A DNA stretch of 63,672 bases, the filler included, from Octopus bimaculoides (Eukaryota), in the NCBI RefSeq assembly GCF_001194135.2. It is 6 parts of 6 records of this genome, joined end to end, with 100 filler letters (N's around TTAATTAATTAA, not from the genome) between each part and the next. Parts side by side here need not be neighbours in the genome. Positions count along the whole stretch, not along the records: positions 6,367 to 38,199 come from NC_069005.1; 5 more parts are not named here. One strand, 5' to 3'. Below the pieces are notes generated by a model, which had not been told where the DNA came from, did not search any database, and was given only the letters and a program-made list of their open reading frames with translations. The translations under genes and the position numbers were made by a program. Positions 12,693-24,721 of the stretch are shown one piece after another; the stretch's first letter is position 1, and the number at the start of each line of letters is the position of its first letter.

Positions 12693-12851
12693 GGCTTCTT
12701 TCAGTTTCTATCTACCAAATCCACTCACAAGGCTTTGGTCGGCCCGAGGCTATAGTAGAAGACACTTGCCCAATGTGCCACGCAGTGGGACTGAACCCGG
12801 AACCATGTGGTTGGTAAGCAAGCTACTTACCACACAGCCACTCCTACGCCT
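12693..12851 (-). mobile_element. Family-A SINE complete head
   Basis: Reverse complement AGGCGTAGGAGTGGCTGTGTGGTAAGTAGCTTGCTTACCAACCACATGGTTCCGGGTTCAGTCCC... Confidence 0.88.
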
Positions 12852-13025
12852 ATAAAACTTCTTATTGAATTGTGATTTGTCCAACATCATTTGAATTATA
12901 GGATACAGCTTCTTGTTCAGTACTGTTAACATTTGGTTCTTGGATGGTAAGACATACCACAACTCTTGGTGTAATAACTCTGTTGAATACCCAGGTGGCA
13001 GGACATTTCACAGATCCTTATTTAA

Positions 13026-13248
13026 CCCTTTAGCATTCAGATTTTTCTGTCAAAAGCAATGCTTATTCATTCACATTGTTTTGAATTAATCATGGATTGT
13101 CTCGTAGCTTTGAGATTTTGATTATGCGATTGTTTATTTTTTTAGAATGACATTGTCAATTAGGTGCGAGAGGCCAGATCAAGCCAGTTCAAACAGAAAA
13201 CAGGTGGAATATTTTCGCCAGATATGGCCAGTTTAAATGCCTAAAGGG
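13026..13248. mobile_element. piggyBac-like MITE
   Basis: TTAA at 13022-13025 and 13249-13252 flank terminal inverted repeats CCCTTTAGCATT / AATGCCTAAAGGG (one extra base); no ORF. Confidence 0.75.
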
Positions 13249-14100
13249 TTAACACTCTCACCCAGTCCTTACATGAAAAGACATAACACAATTTCTGGTT
13301 TAACATCACCACCTTATTCTACCCATTTTAATATCATAAAGCACTCCTTGGGATGTCTATAGTAGAATTCTCTGTTCTAAGTACCTGAATCTACCCCACA
13401 TTTGTTTGCTTTTTTTGTTTTTTCTTCCGGTAGACATTAATCAACAGATGTTCAGGTTGGCCATTATTAATACCAATGTAACCTGTTTGGTGGTGTTGGG
13501 GTGGAACAGCAAAGATCAATGTTACTGTTCCTTTCTCCTTGAAATAGCTCATACAAATGTTGTTACAATGATTCAGGCTATTCTATCACGTGTAAAGCCA
13601 ATGTTAATAATCATAATAATAATAATAATAATAANNNNNNNNNNNNNNNNNNNNNNNNNNNNNNNNNNNNNNNNNNNNNNNNNNNNNNNNNNNNNNNNNN
13701 NNNNNNNNNNNNNNNNNNNNNNNNNNNNNNNNNNNNNNNNNNNNNNNNNNNNNNNNNNNNNNNNNNNNNNNNNNNNNNNNNNNNNNNNNNNNNNNNNNNN
13801 NNNNNNNNNNNNNNNNNNNNNNNNNNNNNNNNNNNNNNNNNNNNNNNNNNNNNNNNNNNNNNNNNNNNNNNNNNNNNNNNNNNNNNNNNNNNNNNNNNNN
13901 NNNNNNNNNNNNNNNNNNNNNNNNNNNNNNNNNNNNNNNNNNNNNNNNNNNNNNNNNNNNNNNNNNNNNNNNNNNNNNNNNNNNNNNNNNNNNNNNNNNN
14001 NNNNNNNNNNNNNNNNNNNNNNNNNNNNNNNNNNNNNNNNNNNNNNNNNNNNNNNNNNNNNNNNNNNNTATATATATATATATATATATATGTATATCTC

Positions 14101-14322
14101 TGTATATGTTTGTGTGTCTGTGTTTGTCCCCCCAACATCACTTGACAACCGATGGTGGTGTGTTTAGGTCCCCGTAACTTAGGGGTTCTGCAAAAGAGAC
14201 CGATAGAATAAGTACTAGGCATCCAAAGAATAAGTCCTGGGGTCGATTTGCTCGACTAAAGGCGGTGCTCCAGCATGGCCACAGTCAAATGACTAAAACA
14301 AGTAAAAGAGTAAAGAGAGTAT
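14101..14322 (+). mobile_element. Family-A SINE body and tail
   Basis: ...AAGAATAAGTCCTGGGGTCGATTTGCTCGACTAAAGGCGGTGCTCCAGCATGGCCACAGTCAAATGACTAAAACAAGTAAAAGAG. Confidence 0.85.
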
Positions 14323-15954
14323 AATAATAATAATAATGATAATAATTATAATGTTTTATTTTTCAATATGTTTTCGAAGAATGTGACAGTTCTCTATTTT
14401 AATCGGGTGTGGTTCAGGTATGAACGTCATAGGAATGGTGTGGGTGTAACGGGAGTGGTGTGCACATGATAGGACCGTGTGAATGCAATCATTGGTGTAC
14501 ATCCGTGTCTGTGATATCTATGGTATGGACCCCTGCAGTTGGGGGTTCCATATAAGATGTGGTTTTGGTGGGTGGGGGGCCCATGCAAGCAAAATTGTGA
14601 ATTAGGATTTTGAGGCGTGATGTAAAAAAATTTGCTTTAGACATATTTATAGCAAGAAACAGCAAAATTCTTTAGTTCATCCTCACTTCTGATCAAGGTA
14701 GACATAGAGGTTGGTCAGTAAACTTAAAGACAGGAATCTTATTGACAAATTAAATAGGAATTTTGAAAGAAGTATCTAGAAATGTCGGATGGCTATTGGG
14801 GGTCCACCAGAATAGGATAGTAATCAAAGGGGTCCATAGATTTAAAAAAAATAAAAAAAATTGGTGTAAGTTGAAAGAAATGTCAGCCTTTAAGTTTTGT
14901 TTCGTTAGTTGTTTTTTATGATGATAGCAACNNNNNNNNNNNNNNNNNNNNNNNNNNNNNNNNNNNNNNNNNNNNNNNNNNNNNNNNNNNNNNNNNNNNN
15001 NNNNNNNNNNNNNNNNNNNNNNNNNNNNNNNNNNNNNNNNNNNNNNNNNNNNNNNNNNNNNNNNNNNNNNNNNNNNNNNNNNNNNNNNNNNNNNNNNNNN
15101 NNNNNNNNNNNNNNNNNNNNNNNNNNNNNNNNNNNNNNNNNNNNNNNNNNNNNNNNNNNNNNNNNNNNNNNNNNNNNNNNNNNNNNNNNNNNNNNNNNNN
15201 NNNNNNNNNNNNNNNNNNNNNNNNNNNNNNNNNNNNNNNNNNNNNNNNNNNNNNNNNNNNNNNNNNNGTGTTGGTGGTAGTGTTGTTGTTGTTGTGGCGG
15301 TGACGGCGGCAGTAGTGGTGGTGGTGGTTATTAGGAAGTTAGGTTGTCACCTTCATATATCCGCACTGCAACGTGATATCAGGGCCAGAGCTCTGAGGTT
15401 GCAGGTCAACTTGATCACCCAGTTCAACAGATGGGATCATTGGATCTTTAATTATAATTGTTCATCTGTACAGAAGGACTTTAATAGGAGCCTTATGTAA
15501 CCAACAGAACCATGACTAACAGACAGACATCAAGCTAGTTTGACAGATAGGCAGCAAAACACAGAATCACACACACACACACACACACATCTATGTAATT
15601 AAAGGAAAGTCAAATACTTAATATATGAGGACCAGTTGGTGAAACAGTTTGCCAATTAACAGACAGAGAAAGGACTTGAAAACTATATAATTTTGGCATG
15701 GAAATAATTCAATAATTAACGAATTTAAAATAATTCACTAATTGACCAATTAAAATTATTCACTAATTAGAAAATTTAAAACCATTACAGGTATAATTTC
15801 AATGTTTAATTGTTTTTTTTCTTGCAATCTCCATTAAATAGTTTGGATAAGTCTTAATTATGTGTTTGTACATGCTGCACTCAAAGGAAAAACCCTAATG
15901 TACATCTGCTTGTGTGTGTGAGTGTGTGTGTGTACATATATATTATGTCATATC

Positions 15955-16108
15955 AGTATGCTGGTGTGTTAACATCCTCATAACTTAGTGGTTCGGCAAA
16001 AGATACCAACAGAATAAGTTCTAGGCTTACAAAGAATAAGTCCTGGGGTCAATTTGCTCAACTAAAGGCGGTGGGCCACAGTCAAATGACTGAAACAAGC
16101 AAAAGAGT

Positions 16109-16110
<2 letters not shown>
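15955..16110 (+). mobile_element. Family-A SINE tail
   Basis: Homologous to 14150-14310 with an internal deletion. Confidence 0.8.
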
Positions 16111-16158
<48 letters not shown>

Positions 16159-16361
16159 AATCCAAGAAAGTTAGGAGTTGTGAATCCAACCCACTAAGGG
16201 ATAATATCTATCCGATATACTGCCGGAAGGATATCCAATTACTATTACACTAGTGTTTTTACCAAGTACAATAAATGGGTGCAGGTAAAAGGAAATTTTA
16301 CCCTTGATTTATATGGCAATAAGAAAATGGAGGGGAATATGTGGTACTCATCAACTTGCAG

Positions 16362-16720
16362 ACATTGTATTATGTCAATTTGCCTGTTTATTTTTCAACT
16401 AAGATGACAGGACAATAAAAACAATATACAAACACATATGACATATTATGTCATATCAGTAATAAAAATTAAAAAGGACATTAGTGACCGAAGAAGGGAC
16501 AATGTCTTACAGTTGTTTCAGCCTAGAGGTGACAGATAGAATGAGGCATGTCACTCTAGGCTGAAACAGCTGTAAGACATTGTCCCTTCTTCGGTCACTA
16601 ATGTCCTTTTTAATTTTTATTACTGATATGACATAATATGTCATATGTGTTTGTATATTGTTTTTATTGTCCTGTCATCTTAGTTGAAAAATAAACAGGC
16701 AAATTGACATAATACAATGT
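16362..16720. repeat. 359-bp near-perfect inverted repeat (long hairpin)
   Basis: 16362-16534 pairs with 16549-16720; one mismatch (T/G, wobble-compatible), one single-base bulge, 14-nt loop. Confidence 0.95.
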
Positions 16721-17390
16721 ATATGTGTATTTTTTCGCCTTCCTTCTTGGACTATTTATGAGTCAAGGGGCATGTAACATCAATTATATAGCAAATCTGG
16801 TTCACCTTGTCCACTACCACTAGGTCCAGTTTGTTATGCTCCAGTATCTGATCTGTTTGGATTGGGAAACCCCACAGGATTTTGCAGATCTCTGACTCCA
16901 CCACTCTATGCAGTTTGTGCCCATACCATGTTGCCTCTCTCTAAACCCCACTTTTCACACACTTTCGCTACCTCACAGTGCTGCCACAACTCATAATGAT
17001 CTTGGACAAGTCTAAGGCATTTATTCATGATATTGGCAAAGGCTTCCTCTACTCTATTACAGATGCGGCACAGTGGAAACACTCGCTCATTCCTAAGCTT
17101 GACCTTTCAGCTTCTGGCCAAAGCTTGGTCTTGCGCTGCAAGTATGGTGCTCTCAGTGTCTTTTTGCAGTGCTCCTTTCTTCAGCCAGTCCAATCTGTTT
17201 TCCATTAACTTCAGTTGTACTTACATGGAATTGCTTACAATGTCCCTTGTTGCATTCCTGTCCCTTTTTGCTTCATGTCCCTTTTGTATTTCTTGTTTTG
17301 TTTTGATTTATTCTTCTTTGCTTTCAATCTGCTCTCATCCCTAAATGACACTAGCATGCTTTCCTTACTTTGGGGGTCCGCATCTCAGTT
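16721..17390 (-). mobile_element. R4/Dong-clade LINE fragment: CCHC knuckle and restriction-like endonuclease region
   Basis: Minus translation WLKKGALQKDTESTILAAQDQAL...LCRICNRVEE...VVESEICKILWGFPIQTDQILEHNKLDLVVVDKVNQICYIIDVTCP...KEGEKI, with stops and frameshifts. Confidence 0.88.
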
Positions 17391-17446
17391 ATCCTCCTCC
17401 TCCTCCTCTTCCTCCTCCTCCTCCTCATCATTATTATTATTATTGT

Positions 17447-17665
17447 AAGGCGGTGAGCTGGCAGAAGCATTAGCACGCCAGGCGAAATGCTTAGCAGTAT
17501 TTTGTCTGTCTTTACGTTCTGAGTTCAAATTCCACCAAGGTCGACTTCACCTTTCATCCTTTTGGGGTTGAGAAATTAAGTACCAGTTGCATACTGGAGT
17601 CGATCTAATCGACTGGTCCCCTCCTCTAAAATTTCAGGCCTTGTGCCTTTAGTAGAAAGGATTAT
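17447..17665 (+). mobile_element. Family-F tRNA-derived SINE flanked by (TTA)n and (ATT)n
   Basis: AAGGCGGTGAGCTGGCAGAAGCATTAGCACGCC...GAGTTCAAATTCC (B box)...GTAGAAAGGATTATT. Confidence 0.88.
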
Positions 17666-17689
17666 TATTGTTTTTGTTGTTGTTATTAC

Positions 17690-17738
<49 letters not shown>

Positions 17739-18790
17739 TTANNNNNNNNNNNNNNNNNNNNNNNNNNNNNNNNNNNNNNNNNNNNNNNNNNNNNNNNNNN
17801 NNNNNNNNNNNNNNNNNNNNNNNNNNNNNNNNNNNNNNNNNNNNNNNNNNNNNNNNNNNNNNNNNNNNNNNNNNNNNNNNNNNNNNNNNNNNNNNNNNNN
17901 NNNNNNNNNNNNNNNNNNNNNNNNNNNNNNNNNNNNNNNNNNNNNNNNNNNNNNNNNNNNNNNNNNNNNNNNNNNTATATAACTTCGAAGTCGCTGTCAA
18001 CAACATTCTTGTAATAAATTTATTCTCTACAAACGTGTTAAGTAATCCATCAGATTAATGTAAAAATTGTTATTACAACTGAACATGAAAATAAACAAAC
18101 AATATATATATATGTTTATATATATACATATATTTATATATACACACATATATACAGGTGCGCTGTGCTTAATCTATGTGTGTGTATATTTGTATTCAGA
18201 AGCGAGTATAGAAAGACAGATAGATAGAATGACAAGCAGATAGGGAGTCGTGTAGACAACCGTTCCTCTCTTTCTTTTGTCTAGAACAGTTTATCAATCA
18301 GCTGACAAGAGAGCTGCTGAACACGCGCTGGAAGCGTGGATCGGACCTGAATACGGCGTGATTGCTGAAATGGTTGCACTGCAACACTTAACTTACTCAT
18401 CACTCACATTGATTCACTCACTCACTTGCTTGCTTACTCATTCACTCACTCACTCACTCTCTGTCTTTTTCTCTCTTCACACCACATAGTCGTACACTTG
18501 TCTCATTGCATGCCGTTACCTATTAGAAATAGCAGCTAAATCTCCTTTAATGCATGCATTCCTTCAAAGATAAATAAAAAGATATTAACATCGGATAATT
18601 ATAATACTAGATAAATAATATATGCGAATTAAAGACGAGATGGTCAAAGCTGGAAAGTCTTTTAACATAAGTTCCTGTTGATAACAGTCGTTCAAAGTGA
18701 TTATTTCTTTTCGTTCTTAGTCAGCTATTATGTATGATATACACACCTGTAAATTGTATGCACATGTATGTATATAGGCATATATATTTA

Positions 18791-18996
18791 TGTGTGTGTG
18801 TTTGTATCCCCACCACCGTTTGACGACCGGTGTTGGTGTATTTGCATCCCCCCGTTACCTAGCGGTTCGGCGAAAGAGACCGACAGAATAAATACCTGGC
18901 TTAAAAAATAAGCGCGGGGGTCGATTCAGTTGACTGAAGATTCAAGGTGGTGCCCCAGCATGGCCGGAGTCTCATGACTGAAACGAGTAAATGATA
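18791..18996 (+). mobile_element. Family-A-related SINE tail variant
   Basis: TAGCGGTTCGGCGAAAGAGACCGACAGAATAA...AAGGTGGTGCCCCAGCATGGCC...ATGACTGAAACGAGTAAA. Confidence 0.75.
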
Positions 18997-19008
18997 CACA
19001 CATTCAGT

Positions 19009-19060
<52 letters not shown>

Positions 19061-19412
19061 TAGACAGGTAGGTAGGTAGATATAGACAGACAGATAGATA
19101 GATAGATAGATAGATAGATACATAGATAGATGCAAGTATTGTATTTTGGGACGGTCATTTTTTTTTTTTTTTGCCAAATAAAGACACACTATTATATTCG
19201 TTCTTCACTCGTTTACTACTGTTTTTTATTCTAACTCATGTTCACTGCCCGGAAATCTTTCTTCACACATCTGTGACCTCTTCGGCGACACTTTCCGTTC
19301 TCGTGTATCCTTCTGTTCCGCTTAGTCCATTCTCAACACAAATTCATACATGTGCAAGATTATATGTTTAGGATTATATTTACAAGAAAAAAAGATGACA
19401 AAGGAATAACGG

Positions 19413-19604
19413 ATTATCTTACGAACTTCATTAGCTTACAGCTGTTTCCATTATAAGATGCTGTGGACTCATAGTTGAGTGCCTGAATAACAATATATAG
19501 CTTCATCAGAGCCTCAGACATGAAGTGCACTTAGGTACTCATCTAAGAGTCCGCCGCGTCCAGTAGCGGAAACTGCTGTAAGCTAATGAATGTCATAAGA
19601 TAAT
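19413..19604. repeat. 37-bp inverted repeat enclosing a degenerate hammerhead-like motif (possible Penelope pLTR relic)
   Basis: Arms 19413-19449 and 19568-19604 match at 33/37. Minus strand carries CTGATGA (19503-19509) and GAAACAGCTGTA (19437-19448). Confidence 0.6.
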
Positions 19605-19741
19605 TATTCCATTATCATCGTTACCCTCAACTGCCACCACCTCCGCCTCTGTCTTTGTGGCGTCCTGTCATTTACATAAACGTACATTGACTCATACGTA
19701 CACATATGTACACATGCTCACACAAATGCATACAAACATCA

Positions 19742-19791
<50 letters not shown>

Positions 19792-19938
19792 ACCCACACC
19801 CACGTCTATGCACACATGAATACACATGTATACGCGCACACCACATACACGTGGTTGGTATTGACAGTTTTATGTCTGACCGACATTAATCTTAAATTTG
19901 AGTGTCGCACCTCGTTACATTTACTAACACCCCCACCT

Positions 19939-20013
<75 letters not shown>

Positions 20014-20813
20014 GCATGTTACTGTACACCAATTGGGTGTANNNNNNNNNNNNNNNNNNNNNNNNNNNNNNNNNNNNNNNNNNNNNNNNNNNNNNNNNNN
20101 NNNNNNNNNNNNNNNNNNNNNNNNNNNNNNNNNNNNNNNNNNNNNNNNNNNNNNNNNNNNNNNNNNNNNNNNNNNNNNNNNNNNNNNNNNNNNNNNNNNN
20201 NNNNNNNNNNNNNNNNNNNNNNNNNNNNNNNNNNNNNNNNNNNNNNNNNNNNNNNNNNNNNNNNNNNNNNNNNNNNNNNNNNNNNNNNNNNNNNNNNNNN
20301 NNNNNNNNNNNNNNNNNNNNNNNNNNNNNNNNNNNNNNNNNNNNNNNNNNNNNNNNNNNNNNNNNNNNNNNNNNNNNNNNNNNNNNNNNNNNNNNNNNNN
20401 NNNNNNNNNNNNNNNNNNNNNNNNNNNNNNNNNNNNNNNNNNNNNNNNNNNNNNNNNNNNNNNNNNNNNNNNNNNNNNNNNNNNNNNNNNNNNNNNNNNN
20501 NNNNNNNNNNNNNNNNNNNNNNNNNNNNNNNNNNNNNNNNNNNNNNNNNNNNNNNNNNNNNNNNNNNNNNNNNNNNNNNNNNNNNNNNNNNNNNNNNNNN
20601 NNNNNNNNNNNNNNNNNNNNNNNNNNNNNNNNNNNNNNNNNNNNNNNNNNNNNNNNNNNNNNNNNNNNNNNNNNNNNNNNNNNNNNNNNNNNNNNNNNNN
20701 NNNNNNNNNNNNNNNNNNNNNNNNNNNNNNNNNNNNNNNNNNNNNNNNNNNNNNNNNNNNNNNNNNNNNNNNNNNNNNNNNNNNNNNNNNNNNNNNNNNN
20801 NNNNNNNNNNNNN

Positions 20814-21018
20814 ACAGGCACAACAGAAACAGGAAGTAAGAGTGAGAGAAAGTTGTGGTGAAAGAGTACAGCAGGTTCGCCACCATCCCCTGCAGGAGCC
20901 TCGTGGAGCTTTTTAGGTGTCGCTCAATAAACACTCACAACGCCTGGTCTGGAAATCGAAACCACGATCCTATGACCGCGAGTCCGCTGCCCTAACCACT
21001 GGGCCATTGCGCCTCCAC
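20814..21018 (-). mobile_element. Family-B tRNA-derived SINE (head intact, tail in gap)
   Basis: Minus GTGGAGGCGCAATGGCCCAGTGGTTAGGGCAGCGGACTCGCGGTCATAGGATCGTGGTTTCGATTTCC with A and B boxes; homologous to 35356 and 36288. Confidence 0.88.
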
Positions 21019-21064
21019 ATAAGGCTCAATAAAGCAATTAAAAAATATATATATGATTTTTTTT

Positions 21065-22276
21065 TCAACCATTAATAGAAACACCCTTCTTCTTTATGAC
21101 ATCTTTCCTTCAGTCAATGAGCTTTTTAATGTCGCCTTCATGAAATTCCTTAGGTTTACAAGTGAAAAAGGAAATTAGCTCATTTTTTACTTTTGCTCTT
21201 GAAGTAAGTCTTCATCAACTCAAAGGTTCTTTCTTTTAAACTTATAATGAGATGGCAATCTCTAGGCGCGAAGTCCTGGAAATATGATGGATAAAACGTA
21301 ATTTCTCAGGCATATTTTTCTAGCTGATCTTTGGTCTTTTGTGCAATATGATGTCTAGCGTTATCGTGATGAAGGGTGACTCCCATTCTGTTTGTTAATG
21401 ATGAACGTTTTTGCTGCAAAGCTGCTTTCAAATATGTTAGCTGTTGGCCAGTATCCATCACCTGTTATTGTTGGATTATCGTGTAGCAGTTTGTGATGAA
21501 TTATTCCAAGCATATTCCACCATACACTCAGAAGAATCTCCCTTGGATGCAGGCCACTTCTGGACTTCTGAGCTGGTTCTTCACCACGACCGAGCCGTTG
21601 ACGTTTTCTCTTGACATTATCGTGAAGAATTTATTTTTCCTCTCCATTAATGACTCTATTCGAAAAACAAGACATTTGCTGCCTAGGATATGTCAATGAT
21701 GCACAACGCTCAACACACTGTTTCCGATTGTCTGCAGAGAGATCATTCCGGACCAATTTCCCAACCTTTGACACTTTACCAAGCCTCTTCAATTCACGTT
21801 GAAGCCCGTGCTTAGTTGCCGAACTGTACCAGTCGGGTTTGCTTCAACGGTGGCTTCCAACACATCAGGATCCAACCCTCTTGGATGTCCTTCACCAGGG
21901 CCGGCTCAAAGTACCGGCAACTCGAGCAGTCACCCAGGGCACCATGTGTTAGGGGACGCCAAGGAAGGTGCGACAAAGACAAGGAAATGTCCACGACCGT
22001 CAGCTTGTACACGCCAAAGTTTAGCTTGCCCGGGGCGCCAGCAACCCTAGGACTGGCCCTGCCCTGCCTTCACTTGATTTTTCCTGCTAGCTGCAGTCCT
22101 CGTTTCTGAATCATAAAAACCATCTTCTGCATGTTTTTTCAGTCACTATGCCATCACCAGAAGTGTTTTGGGGGTGATTTTGCTGCTACGCTTACACTAT
22201 TCCCTTTTTTTGTAAAAAAAAAAAGAAAAAAAAATTAAATTACTTAACGAATGTGTTCTTTGCTTGGAGTGAACAT
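21065..22276 (-). pseudogene. Mariner (DD34D-type) transposase, full length but decayed
   Basis: Minus fragments MFTPSKEHIR; VTEKTCRRWF; GHPRGLDPDVLEATVEANP; GKVSKVGKLV; NGEEK*ILHDNVKRKR; GLHPREILLSVWWNMLGIIH; LHHDNARHH; YFQDFAPRDCHL; FFTCKPKEF. Length about 345 codons after removing the nested MITE; candidate TIR TA|TCAGGTTGTATCG read from 22430 downward. Confidence 0.9.
21896..22066. mobile_element. hAT-like MITE nested in the mariner ORF
   Basis: TIRs CAGGGCCGG / CTGGCCCTG. CCTTCAC is duplicated at 21889-21895 and 22067-22073 (8 bp with one mismatch); excision rejoins the transposase frame EKSSEGHPR. Confidence 0.82.
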
Positions 22277-23405
22277 GGGGCCAACACAACAACTTCGATT
22301 GTGATAAAATTAACAAAATCTGAAAGAAAACTATATATTTATGATTTTGTCGTATTTCCGATAGAATTGAGAAGTTAAACATCTTTAAATCTAACTTGAA
22401 AACGGATAGAATTTTCGATACAACCTGATATCAATTTTCTATTTTTGTATTCTGACTTAAAGTAACGTCAGCACAAGGTGTACATTTCAATCCTGAAAGA
22501 TCGATACAATATTTAGATAACGGTCATATGTTGAGGTCCGAATCATTCATCAGTTACTACTCCACATACACAGACTTTTGTCACAAGAATGTATATCAAA
22601 GTGAGGAATCGAAGTAAAAAGAAATCGGTGACATTTGATAATCGAAGAAAGTATCGATGAAAAGACTTAGATATCAACTGATCCTTTTGTTAGATCCTTT
22701 GTTTTTTCATCATATGTGTGCGTGGGTATGTGTGTATATAAAAAAGAGATTTGAAATATTTTCTAAATTCAACGTCGATTCAGGAAAAAATAATAATAAT
22801 AAAGACAATATATCCCAAAAAGAAATGATAGTTGTAGGATGGTTAGAAAATCACGGATAGAGTAGTGGGAAGAGAGAATGTATGATAAATCAAAGTTAGT
22901 CAGCTTATTCTGATGCTGGTGTACATTTCAAAAGTTTAGCAGGTACTTGTGAAGGTGTGGGCATCTCGTACATATCTCTGATCTTGTGATAACAGTTTAG
23001 GAAATAGACGTAACTGTTGATGTTATGTACGCTGAGCCGTTTTCATCTTTAGATAAGTTGCATCATTTAGATCGATTTATGTATGGTCTACTCATCACTA
23101 AGGTTTTCCACTTGATGTCTTTTTAAATGCCAGATGTAACCTGAAGGAACAGGATATTGGCTTTGACATCAGGTGGACATAATAGAAAGGAGCATACACA
23201 AATTAGTCTAAAATGGGCAACTTATGTACAACTGTATTGAGTACACTGTTCGCAATAGTGTGAATTCATTTACTATATATATATGTATATATAAGTTTAT
23301 ATATANNNNNNNNNNNNNNNNNNNNNNNNNNNNNNNNNNNNNNNNNNNNNNNNNNNNNNNNNNNNNNNNNNNNNNNNNNNNNNNNNNNNNNNNNNNNNNN
23401 NNNNN

Positions 23406-23445
<40 letters not shown>

Positions 23446-23495
23446 TATAAGCGGAGATAAAGAATACATACACCACTCGTTTTCGGCGTAACAAA

Positions 23496-23530
23496 AACCC
23501 TAACCCTAACCCTAAACCTTAACCCTAACC
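23496..23530. repeat. Short interstitial telomere-type (CCCTAA)n
   Basis: AACCCTAACCCTAACCCTAAACCTTAACCCTAACC. Confidence 0.75.
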
Positions 23531-24024
23531 ACCGGGTGTGCGTATCCTTTACCTTCGCCTACATATACATACATACTCATATTTGTAACTGTACACGTTT
23601 GTTTATACAAACGCGCGCGGGCGCATGCAACCATAGGCTTTTAATATCTTCAAAGCTTAACCATTATAGAAACAGCTATCTATTTCAAAAATGTTTTGAT
23701 ATTTTTCCTGAATGTTACGTAAAATTTTTGAGAAGCGTGGAAATTAAGTTTCTGTGATGTATATATTTATAAATAAATAAATATATCTATATATCTCTCT
23801 CTCTATATATATATATGAAGGGAGAAAGAGAGGGTGTAGAGTGAGAGAGAATTGTTTCACTCTATATATATTTCTTGTACATACATATTTTGTAAGTGTG
23901 TGTGTGTTTAGAGAAAATCTGGAGGATAGGAAAAAGTGGATAACGACACGGTTTTGGAGTCAGCCACTGGGCACGTGGACTATGTTGTGTTTATGAGTAA
24001 GAAACAATACATCTGATTGTATAT

Positions 24025-24100
<76 letters not shown>

Positions 24101-24342
24101 GCGCGCATACACACAGCCTTCTCTTCCTATCAGGCAATAACAGCATGTTTATACCATGTGGCTGGCTGATGAAGCAGCCCACTGCTACGACGACCACAAT
24201 TACGAGCTGTGTTCACGGTATTGCCAGTGACTGTTCACTCGCTGATCACGCACTCAACTAACGTCCTTGACAGTTAATACAGCTGCCATGACCGACCAAA
24301 ATTGAAGCTTAACACGAGGTAGACGCCTCTTTCCAGCCAAAC

Positions 24343-24352
24343 AGCCAATCAG
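24343..24352 (+). promoter_or_regulatory. CCAAT box in CpG-enriched region upstream of the MDR gene
   Basis: AGCCAATCAG fits the NF-Y consensus about 370 bp upstream of the ATG. The pyrimidine tract and TAG at 24710-24712 could be an acceptor for a 5'UTR intron. No transcript evidence. Confidence 0.35.
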
Positions 24353-24721
24353 ATTTCAGTAAATTTCGGGGTAAACAAGCACATTGAATCAACCCGGTTT
24401 CCTTAGAAGCTTCTTCAGTGCGTCACTACATCCAGAGCTGGAAGCATCGTCTCCTTATCGATCTGATACAAAACCAATACTTTTATATTTCTTTCTGCAT
24501 ATATAAATATATGTAGAACTGACAACTTTATACAACAATTTTACGTTGCATTCACAACGACAATTTGATTTAATATTTTAAACCTGAGAAAGAAAGCCCT
24601 TTATTTGTCTTTAAGGACAATTAGGGATTTTTCTGTTATATTTTTGGAAGGCAGACTGAGACGTCGTTAATTATCCTTCACTTTTTTGTTTATCGTGTTT
24701 TTACCAAAATAGTTCCTCGCC

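Noticed and set aside
14524-14838. TATGGACCCC / GGGGTCCATA inverted pair suggestive of a hAT MITE
   Set aside because: True termini and TSD not identifiable; a 10-bp match alone is insufficient.
17979-17987. ATAACTTCG, partial loxP-like half-site next to a gap
   Set aside because: Only 9 bp match and no second arm; expected by chance.
20950-21018. tRNA-like sequences (also the heads at 10355, 12693-12851, 9380-9450)
   Set aside because: They have A/B boxes but continue into multicopy SINE bodies and lack a complete cloverleaf; these are SINE heads, not tRNA genes.
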